Virus record (IMG/VR): IMGVR_UViG_3300046387_001332
Direction: 5' to 3' (one strand)
DNA: 64,000 nt
Source of the DNA: a virus
Below, in pieces: positions 17,908 through 28,618 of the stretch (position 1 is the first letter of the stretch; every line of letters starts with the position of its first letter). Under the pieces are notes generated by a model. It had not been told where the DNA came from. It did no database searches and was given only the letters and a program-made list of their open reading frames with translations. The translations under genes and the position numbers were made by a program.

Positions 17908-19842
17908 ATGGCTAAAGTAATTGGCATTGATTTAGGTACATCGAACAGTTGTGTTGCGGTGGTAGAAGCAGGAGAACCAAAAGTGATAACCAACTCAGAG
18001 GGAGCAAGAACTACCCCAAGTATAGTTGGATTTGCAAAAGACGGAGAACGACTTGTAGGTCAATCCGCAAAAAGACAAGCAATCACTAATCCAGAGAATA
18101 CAATTTTTTCTGCGAAACGTTTAATCGGAAGAAAATACAAGGAAGTAAAAGATGAAGTTAAAAATCTTCCTTATGAAGTTGTCTCAGGTAAAAACGGAGA
18201 TGCTTATATTAAATGTAAAGAAGGTGATGAAGAAAAAGAATATGCACCTGAATTCATTTCAAGTATTATTCTGAGTAAACTTAAAGCAGATGCAGAATCA
18301 TATCTTGGTGAAGAAGTAAAACAAGCAGTTATTACCGTACCTGCTTACTTTAATGATTCACAAAGACAAGCAACTAAGGATGCAGGTGAAATCGCAGGAC
18401 TAGAAGTATTGCGTATCGTTAATGAACCAACAGCTGCATCACTTGCTTATGGATTAGAAAAGAAGAACGAAGAAACAATCGCAGTTTACGACCTTGGTGG
18501 TGGAACTTATGATGTTTCTATTTTAGAAATTGGAGACGGAGTATTTGAAGTTAAATCTACCAATGGTGATACTCAACTTGGAGGAGATAATTGGGATGAT
18601 ACTCTTATTGACTTCCTTGTATCAGAGTTTAAGTCAGAGTCTGGTATTGATTTGAAAGATGATGGTCAAGCAATGCAACGTCTTAAAGAAGAAGCAGAAA
18701 AAGCAAAGGTAGCATTATCATCAAGTTCGTCCACAACAATTAATCTTCCGTTTATTACTGCGGATGCAAGTGGACCAAAGCACTTAAACATTGATGTTAC
18801 TCGTAGCAAGTTTGAACAAATTTGTGACTCTCTGTACACTCGTACAAAAGAACCATTTGAAAAGTGTCTTGATGATGCAGGTATCACAATGAGTGATGTT
18901 AAAAATCTCATTCTTGTTGGTGGAATGACTCGTAGTCCTAAAGTTGTTGAAATTGCAAAAGAACTTGCAGGTGGTAATGATCCACATCAAGGAGTTAATC
19001 CGGATGAGGTAGTTGCACTTGGTGCGGCTATTCAAGGTGCTATATTAGCAGGAGACGAGGGTGTAAGTGATGTTTTGTTGCTTGATGTAACCCCACTTAG
19101 TCTTGGAATAGAAACACAAGGTGGGGTATCTACACCAATGATTGAACGCAATACTACAATTCCAACTAAGAAGTCTCAAGTATTTACAACTGCATCTGAT
19201 AATCAACCCGGTGTTGATATTGTAATTCTTCAAGGAGAAAGAGCAATGTCTGCTGATAATAAAAAACTCGGTAATTTCAAATTAGATGGAATTTCTCCTG
19301 CTCCAAGAGGAACTCCTCAGATCGAAGTTACATTTGATATTGATGCTAATGGTATTCTTAATGTTTCTGCCACCGATAAAGGTACGGGTAAGGATCAAAA
19401 GATTACAATTAGTGATTCAAGTGGTCTTGATAAAGATGAAGTTGAAAAGATGAAAGCCGATGCTGAAAAGTATGCTGAAGAAGATAAACAAAAGAAAGAA
19501 GGAATTGAACTTCGTAACCAAGTAGATTCATCGGTTTATCAACTTGAAAAAATTCTTGAGGAAAATAAAGAAAAAATTCCAGAAAATGAAACAAAGCAAA
19601 CCAATGAACTTCTTGAAGATGTTAAAAAGCAACTTGAAGATACTTCTATCACAGGTGACAAATTAAAAGAATTAAATTCTTCTATAATGGAACATCTTCA
19701 AAAACTTGCTCCGTTTATGCAAGCAGAACAAGAAAATGTATCACCCGACCAATCTAATCCAGAAACTAAATCAGAAGATGTAGTTGATGCAGACTTTGAA
19801 GTTGTTGATGAAGAGGAAAAGGAAGATACTGCTAAATCCTAA
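17908..19842 (+). CDS. dnaK: chaperone DnaK (Hsp70)
   Basis: [41 protein letters not shown]; GAGG RBS. Confidence 0.98.
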   Translation: MAKVIGIDLGTSNSCVAVVEAGEPKVITNSEGARTTPSIVGFAKDGERLVGQSAKRQAITNPENTIFSAKRLIGRKYKEVKDEVKNLPYEVVSGKNGDAYIKCKEGDEEKEYAPEFISSIILSKLKADAESYLGEEVKQAVITVPAYFNDSQRQATKDAGEIAGLEVLRIVNEPTAASLAYGLEKKNEETIAVYDLGGGTYDVSILEIGDGVFEVKSTNGDTQLGGDNWDDTLIDFLVSEFKSESGIDLKDDGQAMQRLKEEAEKAKVALSSSSSTTINLPFITADASGPKHLNIDVTRSKFEQICDSLYTRTKEPFEKCLDDAGITMSDVKNLILVGGMTRSPKVVEIAKELAGGNDPHQGVNPDEVVALGAAIQGAILAGDEGVSDVLLLDVTPLSLGIETQGGVSTPMIERNTTIPTKKSQVFTTASDNQPGVDIVILQGERAMSADNKKLGNFKLDGISPAPRGTPQIEVTFDIDANGILNVSATDKGTGKDQKITISDSSGLDKDEVEKMKADAEKYAEEDKQKKEGIELRNQVDSSVYQLEKILEENKEKIPENETKQTNELLEDVKKQLEDTSITGDKLKELNSSIMEHLQKLAPFMQAEQENVSPDQSNPETKSEDVVDADFEVVDEEEKEDTAKS

Positions 19843-19861
19843 TATATAAATATATATTTTT

Positions 19862-19893
19862 AAAAAGGTGAGGATTTTTTCCTCACCTTTTTT
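19862..19893 (+). terminator. intrinsic (bidirectional) terminator after dnaK
   Basis: AAAAAGGTGAGGA-TTTT-TCCTCACCTTTTTT perfect hairpin with T-tract. Confidence 0.85.
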
Positions 19894-19927
19894 GTTTTTA
19901 TAATTTTATAGTTTTATATTTATAGTC

Positions 19928-20119
19928 ATGGGAAATGATGTTGTGATTGATAGAATTAAGAAAAGAGCATACGAACTTCGTCATCGAAGACGTGAAGGTT
20001 TTAAAGACGAAAATCACCTGGACTCTAAATGTATAATAAATGAAATTAAATTTTTATTTAATATGCTAGATAATAAAGAAAAAGATGATATTTTGAATAA
20101 ACCATGGCTAGACGAATAA
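19928..20119 (+). CDS. hypothetical protein
   Basis: 63-aa ORF, ATATTTAT 4 nt upstream. Confidence 0.6.
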   Translation: MGNDVVIDRIKKRAYELRHRRREGFKDENHLDSKCIINEIKFLFNMLDNKEKDDILNKPWLDE

Positions 20120-20180
20120 ATTATGTATTTGATGTAGATGATGATTGGAAACACACCTTTGAACTATTAAAGAAAATATA

Positions 20181-20624
20181 ATGGAAAAAATAATAAAAGG
20201 ATTTACTTGTGGAGCAATGGACGTATTTCATGCGGGTCATGTGCTTATGATGGAAGATTGTAAACGTCATTGTGATTATTTAATTGTAGGATTGCATACC
20301 AACCCACAATTAGATAGAGCAGATAAAAACAAACCAGTTCAGTCGGTTGTGGAAAGATATATACAACTCCGTGGCAGTAAATTCGTTGACGAAATCATTC
20401 CATATGAAACTGAATCTGATTTAATAGAAATTTTAAAAGGCATTGATTATGATGTTCGTTTTGTTGGTGACGATTGGAGGGACAAACCATTCACTGGTCA
20501 TGATCTTCCCGGACACTTGGATAAAGTAATGTACAATTCTCGTAAACATGATTATAGTAGTTCTGCTCTTAGACGAAGAGTCGCAGAAGGAGAGAAACTA
20601 GAAAAGAAAAAGAAATTAGGATGA
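20181..20624 (+). CDS. cytidylyltransferase (TagD/glycerol-3-phosphate CTase-like)
   Basis: G.MDVFHAGH, LIVGL, ER, VDEIIPY, GDDW, RxxxYSSS. Confidence 0.85.
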   Translation: MEKIIKGFTCGAMDVFHAGHVLMMEDCKRHCDYLIVGLHTNPQLDRADKNKPVQSVVERYIQLRGSKFVDEIIPYETESDLIEILKGIDYDVRFVGDDWRDKPFTGHDLPGHLDKVMYNSRKHDYSSSALRRRVAEGEKLEKKKKLG

Positions 20625-20639
20625 TTTATATTTATATCC

Positions 20640-21323
20640 ATGTCGGATAAAAAAATTTATTTTATACATCAACCAAAGTGTGCTGGAAGCACAATTGTAA
20701 ATTTTATAAATGGATGTAACAATCCAAACTGGATTACATTTTCAGGGGGTGATCACCATCATAGATTAAACAAAACCGATAAATCAAATTTCGCAAATGG
20801 TGATTGTTATATATCCAATGTAAGAAATCCATTTACATTTTATGCTTCTTTATTTACATTCGAGTCTTTTAAACAAAATAGAAGACTCAAACGAAGAGGT
20901 AAAAAAACATTTGCACAGGAATGGGAGTTAGATTATTCACTAAAGGTAAAGGCATTTAAGGATTGGATGATTAAAATTCACTTACCAGAAAATTTACCAG
21001 AAGTAATTACTAAGTATAATTTTGGTGTATTTACACACTCTGTTATTAGATATTGGTTTTTAGACGATCCTATATTTTTCAAAAATGAATTTTACGAAAA
21101 TCATAATGAAAATTATATAATATCAGATTTTATGAAAGTGGAGAGTTTGAAAACTGATATTGAACGGATATTTCAACTAGAATCTATTGTTCTTCCCGTA
21201 AAAAACAAAAGTCGTGGCTTTGGGTCAATTAGTAAAGACGAAAACTATATGGATTTATATGACTCGGAATTAATTGATTTGGTTGAAACACGTGACGATT
21301 ATATTTTTAGAAAATTTTACTAA
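20640..21323 (+). CDS. sulfotransferase family 2 protein
   Basis: FIHQPKCAGST PAPS loop, VRNP motif. Confidence 0.7.
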   Translation: MSDKKIYFIHQPKCAGSTIVNFINGCNNPNWITFSGGDHHHRLNKTDKSNFANGDCYISNVRNPFTFYASLFTFESFKQNRRLKRRGKKTFAQEWELDYSLKVKAFKDWMIKIHLPENLPEVITKYNFGVFTHSVIRYWFLDDPIFFKNEFYENHNENYIISDFMKVESLKTDIERIFQLESIVLPVKNKSRGFGSISKDENYMDLYDSELIDLVETRDDYIFRKFY

Positions 21324-21395
21324 TAGTTCATAGGTTATAAAAGAAATATATATTATATTTATATCTGAATAAAGGTTATACACTCTCTAACGGAG

Positions 21396-21875
21396 ATGAT
21401 TGATATGAGCTTTGTTTACTTTATATGTCCAGAAAACCAACACCTTTCAAAATATTGTGAAGGATTTTTTAATTACCTTACTTATGGATATAAAACATGG
21501 ACACGTGATCGTTACGTTTCTACATCACCGAAAGACAAAGACGGAAGATCAAGACTATTAAGAAGTAAATATGCTCCACTTATCGATGAAATGAAAGCAA
21601 ATGATCCCGTGTTTGATAGAATTCATCGGAAAGTAATTACATCTGATTGTTATCAACATTCTTACCAGCAAATATCAGAAGAGGAAGTTGCCAACAGTTC
21701 ACAGATTGTTTATATTACTTGTAATAAGAAACCATCAGGACCTCCACAATATCTTTCATCTGATAAAAATTCAGTTGTTGTGTGGAAGGTTTCTAATATA
21801 GAAAAGTTGACCGAGAATAAATTTGAATTGTTAGAAATGTTGATACGAAGAATGGCAAAACCACATCAGTCGTAA
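21396..21875 (+). CDS. degenerate LMW-PTP/ArsC-fold protein
   Basis: YFIC-PENQHL-S..CEGFF pattern lacking the CX5R Arg. Confidence 0.45.
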   Translation: MIDMSFVYFICPENQHLSKYCEGFFNYLTYGYKTWTRDRYVSTSPKDKDGRSRLLRSKYAPLIDEMKANDPVFDRIHRKVITSDCYQHSYQQISEEEVANSSQIVYITCNKKPSGPPQYLSSDKNSVVVWKVSNIEKLTENKFELLEMLIRRMAKPHQS

Positions 21876-24598
21876 AGATTACCTACAATTTCACCAAAGT
21901 TTCGCATAATAATACCAGCACAAGCATTTGCTTCGTTTTCTATATCACTACCCGTTTCACCACTATTTACCTCAAGCATTTCTAGTTCATTTTGCTTTTG
22001 ATGAACCATTTCATGTGCAATACTACGACACACGTCGGCAAATGCTCTTCCTTTTGTATATATAGAAATTTCATTGGTATTGGGATCATAACAAGCAGCC
22101 GTCATATTTTCATGTCTTTTCTCTAAAAGTTTCACTGATACTTTTTCTTTTAATTGTAATGCGTTCTTTGCAAATTTAATAAACTCTTGAACATTATCTT
22201 TGTTCATTGCGACTTCGTTTAGTGTTTCTTTTGTATATTTCATATCTGGATGTTTTGTATCTTTGTTGTTTTTAGAAATTATTTTGTTATTAGAAAAGGA
22301 TTCCACGGGAATGTCATTGCCAAGATACATTTCTTTAAATTCCTTAAACCATTGTTCAAATGTAAAATCTCCGATTCTTAACCCATAGTCGTGGATAGTT
22401 TGTTCTTTAAAGTGATTTGCAACCCCACCTACGAAGTGATAGTAACTTCCACTTTTCTGTACTTTTACATTTGGAAATCCTTTGTCTTTTAACATTTTGG
22501 AAACCTGTGCACCTGATTTTGGTGATGACTTCATATTGATTTCTTGTATCTTCACTTCGTTTATATTTGCTCCACCGGTTCTAACAATCTCACGAAAGAA
22601 CCAACGAGTCCACTCTCCGAGTTTACCAGGTCCTCTTATTATATATAGTTTAAATGCTTCTGCAAATGCTTCTTCTGCATTTGTGTTTCCGTAATTGGTA
22701 ATATGTTCTATTGGTATTTCTTTACCAGGACCAACCCATCTATCTGCTAATTTTGTTACAACTTCTTTTCTGTTCTCGGTTGACCACACGGATGACATTT
22801 GCATTGCCTTGAACTTTGCTTTAGTCTCGGCGTTGTCTTCGTTTTTATCAATGACTCTTAATCCTGCTTTTCTTTTGTGTATCTTGCTTCCATTCTTATC
22901 AAAATACTTTTCTACATAATCTTCTACATCTTTACGTTCAATAGATACTTTCTTGCTTTTAATTGTATCTTGCCAATGCTTCTTTGCATTAGATGGAACA
23001 TTACGATACCAAAAACGATGACCAAGTTCGTGTGTAAATGTATCTTGGGTCATTCCACATCCGTATAACTTGAGCATATCTTTGTTCATATAATACTCAC
23101 CATTGACCATTTCCCCCGTATCTGCTGTTAAACCGAAATCTAAATCAACGGTTAATCCTTCTATGCACTTTCCGAATCCTGCTTTTTGAATTTTCTTTGA
23201 CCAATGCTTGATTCCATTTACCAACTCCTTGAAACTTTTTTCACGACTTGCTTCACCTTGTTCTGTTCCACCTTTTCGTTTGAAGTTATGAATAACCAAT
23301 TTAACAGGTCCTATTTGTGCTTGTTCAATTGGTTTCTCTCGTTCTTGATCACCCTCTATTGCGATGTACTGAAGAAGTGCTTTAATTCCCAAACGGAATT
23401 CTGCACGATACCTTCGAATATTCTTTTCACGTTCTCTTGCAAGTATTTGTGGACTTACACGATGCTTTTTAGTTTGAAAGTCCCACATCTCTGGAAAGTT
23501 ACCACCAAGACTTGTAACTGCTCTCCAGCATTTTTCACGAACTTCTTTTTCTTCCCACGTTTCCATCTTCTTACCACTTGCACCTGTGTGTTTATACTGC
23601 AAAAAGAACTTATAAACCCATTGTTCAAAGTTTTCTTGGAATGTACCAAATGCTCTTCTTACTTTCTTAAAGTCTTTGATTGTTTGTGGGTCTTGGCTAT
23701 TATCACCAATGGATTTATATGCCTTTGTAAGAACTCTTAAATCCTTTGCCCACTTTTTTACAGAGTTGCTATCAACCTTAACTTTGCTTTCTGAAATGAC
23801 TTCCGACAACTTCCCTTTTTGTATATACATATATAAACCTGCTAATCGTTTCTTGAACTTCTTGAGATATTTGCTATTGATGTATGTAAGAAAGTCTTTA
23901 TCAAAGAACTCTACATCAATTGCCCAATCTTGAAATGCTTTGTAACTTTCTAATTTTTTCTTTTTGAAGTCAGCAAGAAATTCTGGACGATGTGCAAATC
24001 TGTCGGATAGATTTTTCCATACACGAATTATTTGAGATTGTCCTGCTTGGTAATATGCATTAAATTCTTCTGGTGTGTTGTAGTATCCTTCTATATCTTG
24101 TGTATCTAAGTACTTGGCACTTGTTTTACCTAAACCACGACTACGATACCTCAAATGATCAAGAAAGTGTATATATTCGTGAATGAATGTATCTTTATCA
24201 AGACGAGTATCCATATACTTGCCATTGTAATCACCAAGTAGATTAGCATTTACAATTACACCTTTAAATGATATTCCACCGACTTTCAAACTTTTGTTTG
24301 TAAAACCACCTGCGATTGTTTGACCACCACGTGATGTACTTTTTGTTGGAATGAAAAATAATACTACCTCACTTAAAGACGGAAAGTTTTTGTCTATGTC
24401 TGTTCCTCTAAGAGCAACACCTTTCCATTGTGTAAGTGGTATAAATGGTTTGTTGACTATACTATCGTCACCTTCACCTTCTAATTTATTCTTATGTTTA
24501 CTTAAAAATCGCACCACTTTATCATATGCTTTCTCGGCAATACCGGTGTAATACATATCTTGCTCTACGTTTGCTTCTTTAATATGGGTGCTATTCAT
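21866..24598 (-). CDS. large polyvalent protein with three zincin (HExxH) domains
   Basis: HEYIH..PEEFNA, HELGH..EEAFAEAF, HEMVH..ENEANA; ATATTTAT upstream. Confidence 0.75.
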   Translation of the reverse strand: MNSTHIKEANVEQDMYYTGIAEKAYDKVVRFLSKHKNKLEGEGDDSIVNKPFIPLTQWKGVALRGTDIDKNFPSLSEVVLFFIPTKSTSRGGQTIAGGFTNKSLKVGGISFKGVIVNANLLGDYNGKYMDTRLDKDTFIHEYIHFLDHLRYRSRGLGKTSAKYLDTQDIEGYYNTPEEFNAYYQAGQSQIIRVWKNLSDRFAHRPEFLADFKKKKLESYKAFQDWAIDVEFFDKDFLTYINSKYLKKFKKRLAGLYMYIQKGKLSEVISESKVKVDSNSVKKWAKDLRVLTKAYKSIGDNSQDPQTIKDFKKVRRAFGTFQENFEQWVYKFFLQYKHTGASGKKMETWEEKEVREKCWRAVTSLGGNFPEMWDFQTKKHRVSPQILAREREKNIRRYRAEFRLGIKALLQYIAIEGDQEREKPIEQAQIGPVKLVIHNFKRKGGTEQGEASREKSFKELVNGIKHWSKKIQKAGFGKCIEGLTVDLDFGLTADTGEMVNGEYYMNKDMLKLYGCGMTQDTFTHELGHRFWYRNVPSNAKKHWQDTIKSKKVSIERKDVEDYVEKYFDKNGSKIHKRKAGLRVIDKNEDNAETKAKFKAMQMSSVWSTENRKEVVTKLADRWVGPGKEIPIEHITNYGNTNAEEAFAEAFKLYIIRGPGKLGEWTRWFFREIVRTGGANINEVKIQEINMKSSPKSGAQVSKMLKDKGFPNVKVQKSGSYYHFVGGVANHFKEQTIHDYGLRIGDFTFEQWFKEFKEMYLGNDIPVESFSNNKIISKNNKDTKHPDMKYTKETLNEVAMNKDNVQEFIKFAKNALQLKEKVSVKLLEKRHENMTAACYDPNTNEISIYTKGRAFADVCRSIAHEMVHQKQNELEMLEVNSGETGSDIENEANACAGIIMRNFGEIVGNLYD

Positions 24599-24702
24599 CA
24601 AGTATAAATATTAACCACGCATAAATATATACATTTTATATAAGTACAAAAAAAGAACCAATCCTAAGACTGATTCTTTTATACATAACCTTTTTTTTTG
24701 TT

Positions 24703-24819
24703 TTATTCGTTACCGGTAAGGATATACCAAACTTGTAAACAAATAATAATAAAAAACACACCACACGCACCGAGCAGTTCGTAGGCTGCATATGCCCTAT
24801 CTTTTAGATTCTTGGTCAT
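24703..24819 (-). CDS. small membrane peptide (38 aa)
   Basis: MTKNLKDRAYAAYELLGACGVFFIIICLQVWYILTGNE; ATGA overlap with clamp-loader stop. Confidence 0.45.
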   Translation of the reverse strand: MTKNLKDRAYAAYELLGACGVFFIIICLQVWYILTGNE

Positions 24820-25772
24820 AGTGTTTGAACGATTTGTGCGATGGTTGATGCAAATGTAATTTCTTTATCAACAACTAAACTATCGTGGTAAGTTTGTTGA
24901 TCAAGCATAATAACAATGTTTGCACTTTTACCCGGAGCATACTCATCTACATTATCAAACAAAAACTTATAAACATCCGTGAAGTCATTTATTTTTTCAT
25001 TTGCAATAAGTTGACGAGCAGTTAACCAAGCATTCTTTTTGTCTTTACTTGCATTCTTTAGAATTTCCAACAACTTTAACTTATAGTCACCTTCAATGAG
25101 GTCTTCTTTGATAATTTCAAGAGTACCATTGATACTATTTTGTTGTGCGTTGTTGATTACCTTACGAATATCAGGATATCCTTTATTCACCATCAATGCA
25201 ATATCATCAGGTTGTGCTTTAATAGATTCCTTTGCAAGAATCTTAGCAAGATGAACTGCAACATCTTTACGATTGGGAGGAATGATGTTGAACGTTTGAC
25301 AACGACTGACAATCGGTTCAATGATTTTTTCGTGGTAATTACAAGTAAGAATAAAACGAGTAGTAGCACTAAACTGCTCCATAAGATTTCTTAAAGCAGC
25401 CTGAGCATTGCCCGTAAGAAAGTCACACTCATCAAGTAGAATAATTTTAAGGTCATTGAAACCCATACTACTTGCGAATGACTTAATCTTTGTACGAACG
25501 GTATCTACATTGTTTTCATCACTTGCATTAATGTACAAATAATCACAAGGAACTTGTTTGGTAATCAACTTACCTAAAGTTGTTTTACCCGTACCTGCTT
25601 TGCCATACAAAAGTAAATGAGGAATGTCTTTGGACTCAATCCAAGATGCAGCCCGTTTCTTCAATGGTTCGTTTCCGATATAATCAGATAAGTCTTTGGG
25701 TCGATATTTTTCGACCCAAAGACTATTTTCCGATTCAACTGGAGACTTTGTTGCTTCTTCTAAGAAATTCAT
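24816..25772 (-). CDS. gp44: clamp loader AAA+ subunit (gp44/RFC small subunit-like)
   Basis: WVEKYRP, GKAGTGKT, LDECD, SRC motifs; adjacent clamp. Confidence 0.93.
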   Translation of the reverse strand: MNFLEEATKSPVESENSLWVEKYRPKDLSDYIGNEPLKKRAASWIESKDIPHLLLYGKAGTGKTTLGKLITKQVPCDYLYINASDENNVDTVRTKIKSFASSMGFNDLKIILLDECDFLTGNAQAALRNLMEQFSATTRFILTCNYHEKIIEPIVSRCQTFNIIPPNRKDVAVHLAKILAKESIKAQPDDIALMVNKGYPDIRKVINNAQQNSINGTLEIIKEDLIEGDYKLKLLEILKNASKDKKNAWLTARQLIANEKINDFTDVYKFLFDNVDEYAPGKSANIVIMLDQQTYHDSLVVDKEITFASTIAQIVQTL

Positions 25773-26497
25773 TAATCGGTTGTTTGAATTTCAACCAAAT
25801 AATAACTGCTACGGAAGTCACCGACTTCAAACTCAATGCTTGCAATTCCTTGAGTACTAACATTGAGAACACTTTTTTCAGAGTCACTGTTTGCATTAAG
25901 AATTTCCTTAAAATACTTTGAGGAAAAACTAATGGGGTCTGTGAGTGTACTTGTACCTTCAGTAATCGCATTTAAAGAAACACGATTGCTATTGATTGTA
26001 GAATAACCGATTACCAACTGAATTCCGTCTTTTGATGGAACAATAGTAAAGGTATCACAATCACTCAACGCACTTGCAGAACGAACAAACTTCTTTGCGA
26101 AGTCATTGCTAAAAGGAATTTGCAAATCAAACTTTGGCAAGTCTTTTAGTGCAGGTACATTAGGAATTACTGCTAAATCAGCAAGCATGAAGTTAACACT
26201 TGTTGTGTCATCTGAAACATTAATGCTGACATTCTTTTCGTTCTTTTCAACGACTTCAACATTAATTTCGTCACCAACGACTGACAACAACTGCTTCAAC
26301 TTTGCAGTATCATAAACACCGACTTCACCTTCTGTGAGTTCAAAGTCTTTTGCAGATACTTTGCCGAGAACACTTTTGTCATCGGTAATGAAGGTGGTTT
26401 CGCAAACGTTGTCTCCGTTGGTTTCCCACTTAACTGATTCTACGTTACCATTAAGATTGTAACGAGAAATGAATTGTAGTACTTTATCTTTTTTCAT
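25772..26497 (-). CDS. gp45: DNA polymerase sliding clamp (gp45-like)
   Basis: 241 aa, G(V/I)YD..L..LLS motif and C-terminal G..S.EF...YY as in T4-type clamps; beside clamp loader. Confidence 0.8.
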   Translation of the reverse strand: MKKDKVLQFISRYNLNGNVESVKWETNGDNVCETTFITDDKSVLGKVSAKDFELTEGEVGVYDTAKLKQLLSVVGDEINVEVVEKNEKNVSINVSDDTTSVNFMLADLAVIPNVPALKDLPKFDLQIPFSNDFAKKFVRSASALSDCDTFTIVPSKDGIQLVIGYSTINSNRVSLNAITEGTSTLTDPISFSSKYFKEILNANSDSEKSVLNVSTQGIASIEFEVGDFRSSYYLVEIQTTD

Positions 26498-26504
26498 AGT
26501 TTAT

Positions 26505-26533
26505 ATATTATTATTTTAATTGTTAATTGTCAA
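26505..26533 (-). promoter_or_regulatory. sigma70-type promoter for clamp/clamp loader
   Basis: TTGACA-N17-TAATAT, 7 nt before ATG. Confidence 0.7.
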
Positions 26534-26780
26534 TGTTTGTTTTTATTATTTTATTATAATTAAATCCGTTTTTGTTACCTGCACAATTCGTAACTAACTC
26601 ATGTATGTACGAAGAAAGTAATTCTTGTGAAACCACTTCTGTCTTTTTTTCTTTTTTAATCATATCTAGAAAGGCATCATTTACTTCAAAATGTAAACCA
26701 GTTTCTTTGGTATCTGAATTCTTTGTCACATCTATTACTTCAATGTGAGGTGTTTTGCTATTTTTATGATATGCGTCCAT
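26523..26780 (-). CDS. hypothetical protein
   Basis: 85-aa ORF overlapping upstream gene. Confidence 0.6.
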   Translation of the reverse strand: MDAYHKNSKTPHIEVIDVTKNSDTKETGLHFEVNDAFLDMIKKEKKTEVVSQELLSSYIHELVTNCAGNKNGFNYNKIIKTNIDN

Positions 26781-27144
26781 CGGTGATCATGCTTCTTATT
26801 TGAACAGGAATAATTTCAACAAGATGATTTTTTGTGTTTTTAATAATAACAGAATGATCTTTTAGTGATGAATCCATAAAACTCTCTATATCAAAAAAAT
26901 GAATATCATCGTCATGTGTAAGTTCTAATATTAGTTCACTTGGTTTCATTTTTTTAATATCATAAAGTTCATATTCATACATTTTATTTTTAAGCATAAT
27001 TCCATGACATTCAGTTAAAGCAGAGTATAATGCATAAAACTTTTTTTCTTTTTTAAGTTCAAATATTGAACTGAATCCAGACGCATATTTTTTATGCTTA
27101 TCTACATATTCTTCTTCTATATCAAATAAATCTTCGTAAAACAT
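26764..27144 (-). CDS. hypothetical protein
   Basis: 126-aa ORF with TTGACC-N17-TATAAT upstream. Confidence 0.65.
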   Translation of the reverse strand: MFYEDLFDIEEEYVDKHKKYASGFSSIFELKKEKKFYALYSALTECHGIMLKNKMYEYELYDIKKMKPSELILELTHDDDIHFFDIESFMDSSLKDHSVIIKNTKNHLVEIIPVQIRSMITDGRIS

Positions 27145-27199
27145 TTTTAATTTTTATATATGTATATATTATATTATATATGTATATATAGGTCAATCA

Positions 27200-28318
27200 C
27201 TATTTCAATAGTTGATCTGGATTAAGTGAAATCAAATCATTAACGACAAACTCTCCGTCTTTGCGAATAAGTTCATCATCAAAGTAAATTTCACCTCCAC
27301 CATAATCTGGTCTCTGAATCTTAACCATGTCCCAATGAACTTGCGAATCATTTCCATTGCTTGCATCATCATAGCATTGACCGGGTGTAAAGTGAAAACT
27401 TCCACCAATCTTTTCATCAAATAAAATGTCACGCATAGGTTGAACAACATAAGGATTAAATCCAATAGCAAACTCACCAATGTATCTTGCTCCATCATCA
27501 CTATCAAGAATTTCATTTAATGCTTCTGTACTTGCATCACTATTTGCAATTGCATCAACAATCTTTCCATCTTTGAATTCCAACCGAATTCCATCAAAGT
27601 CTGTTCCACGATAAATTGTCGGAGCATTAAACTGAATGTGTCCTTGGACACTATCCTTGATTGGACAACTGAATACTTCTCCGTCCGGAATGTTATGAGT
27701 TCCACCACAAGCAACTGCACCTATATCTTTAATAGAGAAACGCAAATCTGTATCATCACCTTTAATGTGAATTTTATCTGCGTTTTGCATTCTTGTTTGA
27801 AGGTTACTCATTCCTGGATTGAACTTAGAGTAATCAAATGTACATACATCAAAAAAGAAATTCTCAAATGCTTCGGTACTCATGTTTGCTTGTTGTGCCA
27901 TTGCAGGATGTGGCCATCTTAAAATACACCACTTGGTTTCGTTTACACGATAATCAAGATAAGGTTTAGTTACCTTGGACATCATCGTTTTAATGTCTGC
28001 ATCTACATCACTTGTTTCGTATATATTATGAGAACCTGCGATGGCAATATATGCATCCATTTCTTGAATCTTAGGCATACTGAACTTCATAAAGATTTCC
28101 ATTTGCTCTTTGGTTGCGTGTTGCATAATCTCACGACCAATACGACTTTGTGAAGTTTGTACAAAAGGTATTCCTCCGTATTCACGAACTGCACGAACAA
28201 GTGCAATCGTCATATTTTCCGGCACTTCTGTGTTGTCTATTAATACCTTTTCTCCTTTCTGTAAAGACACACTATGTCTTACAAGAAGGTCTGCTAGTTT
28301 TGTATAATTTTCTTCCAT
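27200..28318 (-). CDS. aminopeptidase, thermophilic metalloprotease M29 family
   Basis: [31 protein letters not shown] motifs. Confidence 0.9.
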   Translation of the reverse strand: MEENYTKLADLLVRHSVSLQKGEKVLIDNTEVPENMTIALVRAVREYGGIPFVQTSQSRIGREIMQHATKEQMEIFMKFSMPKIQEMDAYIAIAGSHNIYETSDVDADIKTMMSKVTKPYLDYRVNETKWCILRWPHPAMAQQANMSTEAFENFFFDVCTFDYSKFNPGMSNLQTRMQNADKIHIKGDDTDLRFSIKDIGAVACGGTHNIPDGEVFSCPIKDSVQGHIQFNAPTIYRGTDFDGIRLEFKDGKIVDAIANSDASTEALNEILDSDDGARYIGEFAIGFNPYVVQPMRDILFDEKIGGSFHFTPGQCYDDASNGNDSQVHWDMVKIQRPDYGGGEIYFDDELIRKDGEFVVNDLISLNPDQLLK

Positions 28319-28321
28319 AGA

Positions 28322-28582
28322 TTAACGCATCATCATTAGACCGAGGAACAAGAAAAATAACACCATTACAGTTGGTATTGCTCCAACTACAATTGCACGT
28401 GTATGTTTACTTGTGATTCCAAGAATCGTTGCTGTTGCGGATGCGAAGAAACTAAGTATCAACAACAAACCACCAATGTTCTGTGAAACTTGGCATAACA
28501 CGAATCCAACTACAAACACTATTGCACCCACGGTTGATAGTGTTCCTGCTAACTTATAATTATTATTTTCTTTTTCTGTCAT
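28322..28582 (-). CDS. small membrane protein (3 TM)
   Basis: Three hydrophobic segments; TTGCAT-N17-TAATAT promoter. Confidence 0.7.
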   Translation of the reverse strand: MTEKENNNYKLAGTLSTVGAIVFVVGFVLCQVSQNIGGLLLILSFFASATATILGITSKHTRAIVVGAIPTVMVLFFLFLGLMMMR

Positions 28583-28618
28583 ATTATTATATTATATATT
28601 TATATACATATATGCAAG

